NCBI GenBank assembly: GCA_041746255.1
Contig: JBGTHM010000097.1
Coordinates: forward strand, 14,083 to 78,082
Direction of reading: 5' to 3'
Length of the DNA stretch: 64,000 nucleotides
Origin: Fibrobacteria bacterium
GTDB taxonomy: Bacteria > Fibrobacterota > Fibrobacteria > UBA11236
This document shows, in pieces, positions 9,456-18,462 of this stretch (positions are counted from its first letter, which is position 1; the number at the start of each line of letters is the position of its first letter). Below the pieces are notes generated by a model. It searched no databases. It was not told the origin of the DNA and was given only the letters and a program-made list of their open reading frames with translations. The translations under genes were made by a program, and so were the position numbers.

Positions 9456-10241
9456 ATGGATAAGTCCGCATACCTCGCCCGAAAACAAAGTCTCGATCGG
9501 GAATCACTCCATTACAAAAGGGAGAATACCTGTTATACCTGTTTCTGGCTGGAAGAACTTTGCCTATGCCCGCTTATCGAACCGTTCGCCACCGATACCC
9601 GCTTTGTTATCCTCATGCACCCCAAAGAGGCCAAAACCGAGAAGCTCGGTACCGGAAGGATATGCCGGGCGGCGCTGCTCAATTCGGAAATCATCGTCGG
9701 CATCGACTTCACGAAGGACCCGAAAGTTAACGCCATCATCGAAGCCCCCCAAAACCATTGTCTGGTTCTCTATCCCGGCGAAAACTCGTTGAACATTTCC
9801 ACTCAGGATGTCTCGCCTCTGACGCAATCCAAAAATTCGGGGCGAAAATTGGTGGTATTCCTGATCGACGGAACCTGGACTTGCGCCAAAAAAATGATGA
9901 CCCAGTCGCGGAATATCCGGGGGCTTCCCCGCGTCTCCTTCTCCGCCTCCCACGAATCCATTTTCGAAATCAAACAGCAACCGGCCGTCTATTGTTTATC
10001 CACCTTGGAGTCGATTCATTTTTTCCTGACCGAAGCCGACCGGGTCGGCTTGGAAAGCCTTCCTGCCAAACCCCAGGATAACCTTATCCGGGTTTTCAAA
10101 TTCATGATCGATTTCATGTTGAAATGCGCGCGCGACCCCGATAAAAAAGGCTACCGCCGCTCAACCGGCGGCTACACCTCGAAAACCTCCCGCAAACTCC
10201 GTAAAAAATCCGGCGGCCGCAGCATCATATTGCTCGATTGA
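9456..10241 (+). CDS. DTW-domain protein (tRNA-uridine aminocarboxypropyltransferase TapT/YfiP-like)
   Basis: N-terminal Cys cluster CYTCFWLEELCLCP and the hallmark LIDGTWTCAKKM (DTW motif). Confidence 0.8.
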   Translation: MDKSAYLARKQSLDRESLHYKRENTCYTCFWLEELCLCPLIEPFATDTRFVILMHPKEAKTEKLGTGRICRAALLNSEIIVGIDFTKDPKVNAIIEAPQNHCLVLYPGENSLNISTQDVSPLTQSKNSGRKLVVFLIDGTWTCAKKMMTQSRNIRGLPRVSFSASHESIFEIKQQPAVYCLSTLESIHFFLTEADRVGLESLPAKPQDNLIRVFKFMIDFMLKCARDPDKKGYRRSTGGYTSKTSRKLRKKSGGRSIILLD

Positions 10242-10289
10242 CCGCCGTCATCATCAACCCCCTTCGAAGGGTGAAACCGAAAGAGACTT

Positions 10290-11669
10290 TTGGAAAATAT
10301 TCCCTTCTCGAAATTGACCCTGCCGGACGCCCTTTTGACGAACCTGCAATCCTTGGGGTACACGCATATGACCCCCATACAGTTTCAAGCCTTGCCCCCG
10401 GCTTTACAGGGCCACGATGTAATCGGCCAGGCCAAAACCGGAAGCGGAAAAACCGCCGCCTACGCAATTCCCCTATTACAAAAACTTAACCTCCGGGAGG
10501 ATAAGGTCCAGTCGTTGGTTATCTGCCCCACGCGGGAGTTAAGCGTACAGGTATCTCAGGAAATCCGGCTACTTGCACGCTACCTGGGAAATGTGAAGGC
10601 AGTGGCCGTGTATGGCGGCCAAGCCATCGGGTTACAGAAAGCCGCCCTCAAACAAGGCGCCCATGTCGTGGTAGGCACACCGGGACGCATCAAGGACCTG
10701 CTTTCGCGGGGAACGCTTTCACTACATGGCGTGGAAATGCTGGTACTCGATGAAGCGGATAGAATGATGGAAATGGGATTTTTGCACGAGGTCCTCGAAA
10801 TCGTGAGCACTATTCCCGCAACCCGCCAAACTTTATTGTTTTCCGCCACCTACCCCGAAAACATTCAAGCCCTTAGCGCCCGCTTTCAAAAGGATCCCGT
10901 ATTGGTTACCGCCGAATCGGAAGTTAGTCATATCGATATAGAACAAAGAATCTACGCATGCGGAGAAGCCCAAAAACCCGAGGCCCTCGTCTCCCTGTTG
11001 TCGCGGTTCAGTCCCCAATCCACGCTCATATTCTGCAATACCAAGGCAGCCGTCAAAGATATCTACACCTACCTGCAGGCGAAAGGTTTCAGCGTATCCG
11101 CCCTGCATGGAGACTTGGAGCAAAGGGACCGGGAGAAAATACTCCTTCAGTTCAAGCACCAGGGAAGCCGGGTGCTGGTTGCCACCGACGTGGCGGCGCG
11201 AGGTCTGGACATCGAAGAACTTTCTGCGGTCATCAATTTCGAATCGCCCCATGATCCTGAATCGTATATCCATCGCATCGGCCGTACTGGTCGCGCCGGT
11301 AAGGCGGGTATGGCCTTCACCCTGTTCGCTCCCTCCGAAAAGACGAAAATCGACTCGCTCCGCGAGGCCCTGGGCTCGAATATTGCCATCGAATCCATCG
11401 CCGCGAATGCCGGAAAATCCGGAAAACCGCTGGTTTCGAATAAAGCCACACTTTGCATCGCCGCGGGCCGCAGGAACAAAATCCGGGCAGGTGATATTTT
11501 AGGCGCCCTGACGGGTGAAAACGGCATCGATGGAAAGGCGGTCGGTAAAATAGATGTAATGGATTATGAAGCGTATGTGACTGTGGATGCTAAGGACGTT
11601 AAAAAGGCCTTCTCGCATTTAAGCGAGCGGAAAATCAAAGGCCAGAAATATAAAGTCAGGATGCTTTAG
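10290..11669 (+). CDS. dbpA: ATP-dependent RNA helicase DbpA (DEAD-box with a C-terminal DbpA RNA-binding domain)
   Basis: Q-motif TPIQ, AKTGSGKT, VLDEADRMM, SAT, HRIGRTGRAG. C-terminal CIAAGRRNKIRAGDILGALTGENGIDGKAVGKIDVMDYEAYVTV is typical of the DbpA RBD. TTG start. Confidence 0.9.
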   Translation: MENIPFSKLTLPDALLTNLQSLGYTHMTPIQFQALPPALQGHDVIGQAKTGSGKTAAYAIPLLQKLNLREDKVQSLVICPTRELSVQVSQEIRLLARYLGNVKAVAVYGGQAIGLQKAALKQGAHVVVGTPGRIKDLLSRGTLSLHGVEMLVLDEADRMMEMGFLHEVLEIVSTIPATRQTLLFSATYPENIQALSARFQKDPVLVTAESEVSHIDIEQRIYACGEAQKPEALVSLLSRFSPQSTLIFCNTKAAVKDIYTYLQAKGFSVSALHGDLEQRDREKILLQFKHQGSRVLVATDVAARGLDIEELSAVINFESPHDPESYIHRIGRTGRAGKAGMAFTLFAPSEKTKIDSLREALGSNIAIESIAANAGKSGKPLVSNKATLCIAAGRRNKIRAGDILGALTGENGIDGKAVGKIDVMDYEAYVTVDAKDVKKAFSHLSERKIKGQKYKVRML

Positions 11670-11679
11670 GAGGCGTAAC

Positions 11680-13230
11680 ATTAAAAATAGAAGCCTGGAC
11701 ATAGCCTTAATTGGCGCGGGACATAATGGACTGGTTGCCGCCATCCTGCTCGCACGTCATGGACTCAAGGTGACCGTTTTTGAGGAAAAGCACGCTATCG
11801 GAGGTGCGGCCAAAACCGAATATCCCTTCTCCAAAGCCCCCGGTGTGGGCATATCCTCGGGAGCCTATTTACTGGGCGTGATGCAACCCGAACTAATCGC
11901 ACTTCTCGGCGCCGACATACCTCTGATACGGCGCGATCCGCATTATTTTCTTCCCACCCTCAAAAAGGGGTATTTGCTTTTTGGATCTGATGAAGGTGCC
12001 ATGCACAGGCAATTTCTCGCCCACTTTTCCGAAAACGACTGGAAGGCCAACCACGCATTGGTTCACGAAATCGGCATGCTTCGAGAGGACCTCGCACCCA
12101 GTTGGCTTCAGCCTCCCCAATCGGTGGAAGCAACCGCCGAACGCTATATCCGACCCGCGTTACGCCAGATTTTTTTGAATCTGGTCAGCAGACCGGTGGA
12201 AGAGTACCTCGATCGATTCGGTTTCAAAAGCGACTTGCTGGTAGCTATGTACGCCGTTACCGATGGATTTTCCGGCCTTACCGGCGGCTTCGGCTCCCCT
12301 CGCACCGGGATGAATTTTCTGGTGCATAATATGTGCCGCCTACCCGGTTCAAGTGGGACCTGGATGGTCGTCGAAGGCGGCATGGGAAGGCTGACGCAGG
12401 AACTGGGGCGTCTGGCGCGAAAGGCCGGGGTGTCCATCGAAACCGGAAGCGGGGTTGCCGGCATATCTCTTCGCGAAGGCCGAGCCGAAGCGCTTATGCT
12501 CGAGGACGGCCGTGAAGTGAAGTCTGATGTGATAGTGTGCAACGCCGACCCCTTCCGGTTACGGGAATTGGTGGGCGCGGAAAATTTGCCCGCTGATTTC
12601 AACGCCAAATTGGATGGCTTCCGCCGTATGGGCACCACCTTGAAAGTGAACATGGCTTTAGACAGGCTGCCCACCTTCACTTGTCTGCCGGGTAATCAGG
12701 GGCAACACAACGCCACCATCCACCTGCTTCCTCAGGAAGGGGATATTATCAGTCAAATACGCTCTGGGTTCGCACAGGTGATGAAGGGTGAGCTGGCCGA
12801 CTTCCCCACCATCGAATGGTATATCCACTCACAAGCAGACCCCAGCCTTAAAGACGCCAAGGGGCGACATAACTCCGCTCTATTCGTGCAATGGGTTCCC
12901 TATGCCTTAAACGGTAGTCGTTGGGAGGACAAGGAAGAGGGATACGTCAAGCATCTATTTGACATCGTCGATCGTTTTGCGCCCGGATTCAGCGACAGCG
13001 TAGTGGATACTTTCGTACTCACCCCACCCAAGATTGAGAAGCATTTCGGAATTCGTTACGGACACATACACCATGTCGATAATTCCTTCGGATTCGATAA
13101 AAGAATGCCCTATAGCACTCCAATCGCCGGGCTCTACTCCTGTAGCGCAGGATGCCATCCCGCGGGTTCGGTAATCGGGTCGGCGGGGCACAACGCGGCC
13201 ATGAAAATATTGGACGACCTACGCGGCTGA
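11680..13230 (+). CDS. CrtI/phytoene-desaturase-family FAD-dependent oxidoreductase. The start is proposed at ATT 11680; the ORF track begins at the internal GTG 11770.
   Basis: The Rossmann dinucleotide motif DIALIGAGHNGLVAAILLARHGLKVTVFE is encoded in-frame upstream of 11770. The only start-like codon after the in-frame stop at 11620 is ATT 11680, which sits 6 nt after AGGAGG (11668-11673). Confidence 0.75.
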   Translation: MKNRSLDIALIGAGHNGLVAAILLARHGLKVTVFEEKHAIGGAAKTEYPFSKAPGVGISSGAYLLGVMQPELIALLGADIPLIRRDPHYFLPTLKKGYLLFGSDEGAMHRQFLAHFSENDWKANHALVHEIGMLREDLAPSWLQPPQSVEATAERYIRPALRQIFLNLVSRPVEEYLDRFGFKSDLLVAMYAVTDGFSGLTGGFGSPRTGMNFLVHNMCRLPGSSGTWMVVEGGMGRLTQELGRLARKAGVSIETGSGVAGISLREGRAEALMLEDGREVKSDVIVCNADPFRLRELVGAENLPADFNAKLDGFRRMGTTLKVNMALDRLPTFTCLPGNQGQHNATIHLLPQEGDIISQIRSGFAQVMKGELADFPTIEWYIHSQADPSLKDAKGRHNSALFVQWVPYALNGSRWEDKEEGYVKHLFDIVDRFAPGFSDSVVDTFVLTPPKIEKHFGIRYGHIHHVDNSFGFDKRMPYSTPIAGLYSCSAGCHPAGSVIGSAGHNAAMKILDDLRG

Positions 13231-13284
13231 AATCGCGATTGATTATATTTTTCTTCGGGAAATCTCTCAAGAAAAGGATAGCCA

Positions 13285-14400
13285 ATGTTCGTAGTCACCA
13301 ATCGCGAAGTCGTGGAAAGCCGCACAGGAGTGGACGCATTCCTGAACTATTGCAATACCCATGGTCCGAATGAATTGAGGATGGCCGAAGTGACACGGAC
13401 GGGACGTAACTGGAAGGTCAAAATTCTCCCCGATCAAATATCCGACGCGATGGCAAAAGAGGCGGGGTTGGTAAAAGAAATCGATCCCTTGACCCAAAAG
13501 CCTAAGCCTATTTTCGCAAGCCGGTATGCCGCCCGTAAGATATTGGCCCGAGTCAACCCCGCAGCCTATGGCGGTCGTGGAAAAGGCCGTAATCTGCTGT
13601 TTTTCATACACGGTTTCAACAATGACGTGAAAGCGGTTCTCGATCGGGCCGAGCAATTCGAGAAGAATTTCGGAGTGGAAGTAATCGTCTTCACCTGGCC
13701 CGCAAACGGAGGCGGCATCAAGGGAGTCGCCAGCTACAAGAGCGACAAGCGGGATGCGCTCGCTTCCACCGGAGCGCTGGACCGCTGCCTCGGTCGCATC
13801 CACGATTACCTCCAGGAAATCCATGCGGAGCACGTGAAGCGGGTGGAGGAAGAAGCCGACAAACGTTTTCCCGACGACGCGGAAAAATGGGACCGTTTTT
13901 TCAGCTCCCAGTCGCAGCGCTGGTGTCCCTTCAGCGTCAATATGCTGCTGCATAGTATGGGTAATTATCTCTATAAACACCTACTGCAATCTTCAGTCTA
14001 CCGGGGCAACCTGCTCCTTTTCGACAACATCATACTCGCGGCGGCCGACACCAATAACCACAGCCATGCCGAGTGGATGGATGCGATTCCCTGCCGCGGA
14101 CGACTCTTGGTCACGATTAACGAAAAGGACAAAGCCCTGTTGGCGTCACGCCTGAAAATGGGCGAGCAGCAAAAAGTACGCCTCGGTCATTATCCTTATC
14201 AACTCGTTTCGGAGCGGGCGGTATATGTCGATTTTACCGGCGCAGCCCATGTCGGCGATTCGCATGCCTACTTCGAGGGAGCGGCGCTGCGGAATAAAAA
14301 CGTCCAAACCTTTTTCGAAGAGGCGATTAACGGCCTCCCCGCTGATGAGAGGTTACGTCCCTATTACGACGTAGCGCGGAACCTGTACCGGTGTCGTTGA
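13285..14400 (+). CDS. DUF900-type alpha/beta hydrolase (esterase/lipase superfamily), cytoplasmic
   Basis: LLFFIHGFNND...VIVFTWPANGG...ASYKSDKRDA and nucleophile elbow LLHSMGNY. Candidate acid/His residues in AAADT and GDSHAYF. No signal peptide. Confidence 0.7.
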   Translation: MFVVTNREVVESRTGVDAFLNYCNTHGPNELRMAEVTRTGRNWKVKILPDQISDAMAKEAGLVKEIDPLTQKPKPIFASRYAARKILARVNPAAYGGRGKGRNLLFFIHGFNNDVKAVLDRAEQFEKNFGVEVIVFTWPANGGGIKGVASYKSDKRDALASTGALDRCLGRIHDYLQEIHAEHVKRVEEEADKRFPDDAEKWDRFFSSQSQRWCPFSVNMLLHSMGNYLYKHLLQSSVYRGNLLLFDNIILAAADTNNHSHAEWMDAIPCRGRLLVTINEKDKALLASRLKMGEQQKVRLGHYPYQLVSERAVYVDFTGAAHVGDSHAYFEGAALRNKNVQTFFEEAINGLPADERLRPYYDVARNLYRCR

Positions 14401-14482
14401 GCCTCTTTGGCCGACATCAGAAAAGTCTCTCTATTATTATTTTTTCAAATTTTCGCGAATTGCGAAGTCAAGAGGAGGTACC

Positions 14483-15049
14483 ATGAAGATTCTGAAAAAT
14501 ACACTGCTGGTTATTCTGGTTGCAATTATTGCCCTCGCGGCAATCGGAATGTTTCTGCCACGCGAATATAAGGTGGAAAGATCCGTAGTCATCCAAGCCC
14601 CTGTGGATGTTGTTTTCGATCAGGTGAACGACCTCAAGAAAAACGAGGCTTGGTCCCCGTGGGACGACCCTACCATGGTGATTACCTATAGCGCCGTCAC
14701 CGTTGGCGAAGGCGCTTCCAGCCATTGGACCTCCCAGGATATGGGAAACGGCTCACAAACCATCGAGGAAAGCGTAACCAATCAATCGATTCGCACCCAT
14801 CTCGACTTTGGTTCCATGGGTACCGCCAAAGCTCATTGGTATTTCGTCCCCAATGAAGATGGAATCAAAACCACCCAGGCCATGACGGGTGATCAAGGCT
14901 TGAACCCATTCAAACGCTATTTCACGCTGATGGTGGATAAGATGATCGGCCCCCAGTTCGAAAAGGGCTTGGCTGCATTGAAAGCGGTTTCCGAAGCCAA
15001 GGCCTCGGAGATGGAAATGGAAAACCTCCTCGAACCGGAAGTCGAATAA
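14483..15049 (+). CDS. SRPBCC (START/polyketide-cyclase-like) protein with an N-terminal TM anchor
   Basis: Strong SD agaggagg. N-terminal LLVILVAIIALAAIGMF. VERSVVIQAPVDVVFDQVNDLKKNEAWSPW is typical of the SRPBCC family. Confidence 0.7.
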   Translation: MKILKNTLLVILVAIIALAAIGMFLPREYKVERSVVIQAPVDVVFDQVNDLKKNEAWSPWDDPTMVITYSAVTVGEGASSHWTSQDMGNGSQTIEESVTNQSIRTHLDFGSMGTAKAHWYFVPNEDGIKTTQAMTGDQGLNPFKRYFTLMVDKMIGPQFEKGLAALKAVSEAKASEMEMENLLEPEVE

Positions 15050-15066
15050 ACTCCGGTGCAAATTCG

Positions 15067-16278
15067 TTAGGGAACCCGTTTTATCAAATCGCCGTAATGG
15101 ATCCCGGTTAAGTGCAGATCATCTACCCATAATTCGGCTTCTTGACTCGTAATCAAAGAGATGCGCCCTACACCCTTATTGACAGCCGACCACTCAAGAC
15201 CGCTTTGGGAAGCCCCGGATACCGGAAGTATATCTCCGGGGTGGATATCGATCCGGCTCCATTGCCGCCCCACGGTTACCGTCGCTCCGAAAGTTCCCTC
15301 TCCGGTTGCCACCGCTTCGGTTGCGAATAATACCCGCACAGCAAGGGAATCAACCGTTGCCCGGGCATAAAATGAAATCGTTCTGACCTTGGAAAAATCA
15401 TACGCTTCCGGACCCAAATTCACCCGGTAATGGGTATTCGGGCGGATATTTATCCGTAAACTCTTTCCACGATAGGCGCCTATGGAACTCAAGGAAAGCT
15501 CCGCCGAAGCATTCTCCACGGGCAGCACGGATTGGGGAGTACTATTGATGAAAACCCGTCCTGCAGTGAGGATTTCGGCCGGATAGAGTATTCCACGTAA
15601 GGCGCTGCGCGTCTGTGTCGACTCGAAATCGAAAAGCACCACCGAGTCGGGGGGAACATGCACGCTATCCAATTCCAGTAACTCGCCAGGTACCAACCTG
15701 AAACTCTCCTGAAACCAGAAAACCGGCATACCGTCCATTTCTGCGTGACCAATCAAAGAGTAATTGCCCGGCAATACGGGAGGAAATTGGAAAACACCCT
15801 CTTCGCCGACTATGGCCCGGTAATGGGTGCCCGAAAGTCCCAATGAATAGACTTTTTCAAAATCGCCGTGCATTCGGCCTGCAATTCGGGCAGCTTCCAC
15901 CAAATCGATTTTTCCGGGTCGAAACCCGCCATCCACCTCCGGGACCACCGGGAGAATGGACTGCCGCATGGAATCAGCTGATTGAAGACTTAAAAAGGAT
16001 TCTCCCGCAGGCACATCGCTGATTAGGAACCGCCCTTTGGAATCGCTCAGGGCTTCCGCAATTACCGGCGCGGTCGATTGAACTAGAGCCGTACTCGTAT
16101 CAGGCACGAATCGGCCTTTCCGAAGGGAGACGCGAGCTCCGACCAACGGCTCTCCGGAGCCATCGTAAACATGGGCGACGATTTCATTGGGTTGATCGGT
16201 ACCCCCGCCGGCAACGCGCTCGCACCCGGCTATTAGCAAAGTCAGTAGCAAGAAACCCAGTAGGGAAAACCGAATCAT
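15067..16278 (-). CDS. Lipoprotein with two carboxypeptidase-regulatory-like domains and a C-terminal CBM-like beta-sandwich
   Basis: Lipobox LLIAGC followed by AGGGTDQPNE. ARVSLR...DSKGRFLISDVPAGESFLSL and GEEGVFQFPPVLPGNYSLI (CarboxypepD_reg-like). C-terminal VVLFDFES...WVDDLHL (CBM11/CIA30-like). The start overlaps the upstream stop (ATGA at 16275-16278). Confidence 0.75.
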   Translation of the reverse strand: MIRFSLLGFLLLTLLIAGCERVAGGGTDQPNEIVAHVYDGSGEPLVGARVSLRKGRFVPDTSTALVQSTAPVIAEALSDSKGRFLISDVPAGESFLSLQSADSMRQSILPVVPEVDGGFRPGKIDLVEAARIAGRMHGDFEKVYSLGLSGTHYRAIVGEEGVFQFPPVLPGNYSLIGHAEMDGMPVFWFQESFRLVPGELLELDSVHVPPDSVVLFDFESTQTRSALRGILYPAEILTAGRVFINSTPQSVLPVENASAELSLSSIGAYRGKSLRINIRPNTHYRVNLGPEAYDFSKVRTISFYARATVDSLAVRVLFATEAVATGEGTFGATVTVGRQWSRIDIHPGDILPVSGASQSGLEWSAVNKGVGRISLITSQEAELWVDDLHLTGIHYGDLIKRVP

Positions 16279-17147
16279 TTTCCCGGCTCTCCCTTTTCAT
16301 CGCTGTCCCTTAGGTTCTGGGTCAAGGGATATAATTGGAGATTCAGTGAAAATATTCCACTGACATCGGACTCCTCCATCGCACGGCTTAAAATCTTTCT
16401 CCGGACTTCATCCAATAACACCGAAATCTCCTCGAAATATTTTTGCCCGATAGCTAAGGTCGCATAGCTCAAATGCCTTTGCGATTTAGGCATCATCTCA
16501 CCCGCTTGAATGGCCTTGAACAAAAATTGCGACCTCACGTTTTTGATGATATGGGGTGGACAACCTTCTCCGCTCACTACCGGGTCGGCCTGGGTAAACC
16601 GATTTCCGGAGATTTTCTTCAAAAATCCGGTCTCGACCAATAAAGCGACTGCCTCCTTGGCTTCCTTCTCCGTAATCGGGGGAATCAACATCTGGCCTAG
16701 TTTCCGATAATTGCCTTTCCAATCGCCGTATACGGCCGCTTCCCGGATAACCTGATAGATCCAACTGGAAAAATAGGAGAATTGTTCCTCCTGAACCCGA
16801 TAGAACGCCAGTTTTCGACGAAGCCGATTCATTTCCGTCAAAAACTCCTGTTTCTCCAAATACACTTCTGCCTGATTATAGAGGACCAGATACTGGAAAT
16901 ATTCGATTTCCAGTTTGGATAGGCTCATGGCCTTCCCGATTTTCAAAACCGATTCCAGGGTCAGGTTCCTTTCCCCACGGATGACTTTATCGCAGAAACT
17001 ATGAGACTTAAAACCAGCTTTTTGGGCGAAAAAACGGTAAGAGAAGCTTTTTTTCTCCCGCTTTTGCCCTTGAAAATACTCGCTGAGAAAACTCCGGTAA
17101 TTATCGAAAGTGAAAATTGACCCCATTTTCGGATTTTCGGCGCTCAT
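16275..17147 (-). CDS. TIGR02147/DUF4423-like putative HTH protein (Fibrobacter-type paralogous family)
   Basis: FDNYRSFLSEYFQGQKREKKSFSYRFFAQKAGFKSHSF...ERNLTLESVLKIGKAMSLSKLEIEYFQYLVLYNQA. It shares this pattern with 38513..39436. The family assignment is from memory of the TIGR02147 signature. Confidence 0.7.
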   Translation of the reverse strand: MSAENPKMGSIFTFDNYRSFLSEYFQGQKREKKSFSYRFFAQKAGFKSHSFCDKVIRGERNLTLESVLKIGKAMSLSKLEIEYFQYLVLYNQAEVYLEKQEFLTEMNRLRRKLAFYRVQEEQFSYFSSWIYQVIREAAVYGDWKGNYRKLGQMLIPPITEKEAKEAVALLVETGFLKKISGNRFTQADPVVSGEGCPPHIIKNVRSQFLFKAIQAGEMMPKSQRHLSYATLAIGQKYFEEISVLLDEVRRKILSRAMEESDVSGIFSLNLQLYPLTQNLRDSDEKGEPGK

Positions 17148-17354
17148 AATACCATAATCTTAACGCCTAAATCAATTTATGAGTACGGATATTGTCTAAA
17201 AATAAGACTATAAGGGGTTTTTGAGGGTGCCTACGTGTCCTTTAGGGTACAAAATTTTAATAATTGGCATATGGGTAGGGTTGGAGGGCGGTACATTCAT
17301 TGCTCTATGGTAAACTTGAAACGCGAACATCCACCGCAAGAAAGGGCTCCTTCC

Positions 17355-18431
17355 ATGCTTAAGCCTATTTTCTTGTTCCTAATAAGTATTGCATGCATCA
17401 CCCAAGCCATAGCCCAGGTTCCCATGGGGAGAATGGCCTATATCGCCGACGGCAATTACCGCGATTCGGATGATATCGCCGCTACCCCGGTGGGCCTGGC
17501 TATTCTCCGAGCCATGGGGCTGGAAAAGAAATTGGTCCATTATTCCCATTCCTGCGACCTCAAACCGGGTTCAGGTGATCCCGGCGGCCCTTTTCGTGAA
17601 AAGGAAATGCAGATTAGCAGCGACGGTACCGCAGAACGCTGGGGCGGTTTCGAACATATCACTTTCTTCAATGCCCTCCGGGCCACGGACGCCACGGTCA
17701 ATGATCTTGTCAAGCACATCAACAACTCGACCGAAGCGGATCCACTCTGGATTATCGAGGCAGGCGAACCGGACATCATGGTTATGGCCCTGAAAAAAAG
17801 CGACCGCGCCAAGGCGAAATTCGTGCACATCATCACCCACCATCCCGCGAACGACAAGGGCGATACCTATAACCTTGAGGATGTTTTTAAGGAAGGTGTC
17901 CCTACGGCGAATATCCATCGCATACCCGATCAAAACACATTGCTCAGAAAAAAGCTGTCCGAATTCCACTGGGCTAGGGACCATAAGGACTCGCGAATCA
18001 AATGGCTTTGGGATAGGGTGAACCTGGCTCAATCTACCGAAATGAAATACCCGCAAATAGTAGGCTGGGCTGACATTTCCGACGCGGGAATGGTATGGTG
18101 GTGGGCCACCCTCGATAAGGGCGGCGATGAAAAATGCGACTTTCCCAAAATCAGAAAATTACTCGAAGACTATGTTGCCAAACCTGTTATGTCGATATCG
18201 TTTTCCGGAAACCCGCGCGGCTTGGAAGTCCATTCCGGAAAGGGTGGTTTCACCATAGTTGCAAGCTCGGAACCTATTCAATTGGAAGTGGTCAATCTAC
18301 AGGGGAAAGTCATTCATCATGAATCCGGTCGCCTGAAAAGCACATTCATTCCCGTTACGGAAAAGGGCATGCACTTTATCCGGCTTTCACAAGGTAATTT
18401 CCGCATAAATACGAAATATGTTTCCCGGTAA
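17355..18431 (+). CDS. Secreted hypothetical protein with a T9SS-type C-terminal sorting domain
   Basis: Start placed at the internal ATG 17355, which gives the signal peptide MLKPIFLFLISIACITQAIAQ. C-terminal IQLEVVNLQGKVIHHESGRLKSTFIPVTEKGMHFIRLSQGNF is CTD-like. The ORF-track start at 17235 adds 40 non-signal residues. Confidence 0.6.
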   Translation: MLKPIFLFLISIACITQAIAQVPMGRMAYIADGNYRDSDDIAATPVGLAILRAMGLEKKLVHYSHSCDLKPGSGDPGGPFREKEMQISSDGTAERWGGFEHITFFNALRATDATVNDLVKHINNSTEADPLWIIEAGEPDIMVMALKKSDRAKAKFVHIITHHPANDKGDTYNLEDVFKEGVPTANIHRIPDQNTLLRKKLSEFHWARDHKDSRIKWLWDRVNLAQSTEMKYPQIVGWADISDAGMVWWWATLDKGGDEKCDFPKIRKLLEDYVAKPVMSISFSGNPRGLEVHSGKGGFTIVASSEPIQLEVVNLQGKVIHHESGRLKSTFIPVTEKGMHFIRLSQGNFRINTKYVSR

Positions 18432-18462
18432 CAAACTATGGAAATCATCGAGTGATAAGTGG

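Noticed and set aside
17148-17230. Weak similarity between the upstream regions of the two TIGR02147-like genes (CCGTACTCATAAA...CGTTAAGATTA versus CCGTATTTGAGTC...CGTTTAAGGAATTA near 38440-38490).
   Set aside because: The match is gapped and short, and I cannot assess its significance without a statistical alignment or more paralogous promoters.
17235-17354. N-terminal extensions offered by the ORF track. Examples are 17235 for the secreted protein, 55171 for the radical SAM gene, 26804 for DUF2264, 47697 for the CgeB-like GT, 59084 for the CoA-binding protein, 54998 for XRE and 18418 for PL8.
   Set aside because: In each case an internal ATG gives a proper signal peptide or family-typical N-terminus. 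That ATG is also preceded by an SD or forms an ATGA overlap with the upstream stop. The extensions overlap neighbouring genes or lack features.
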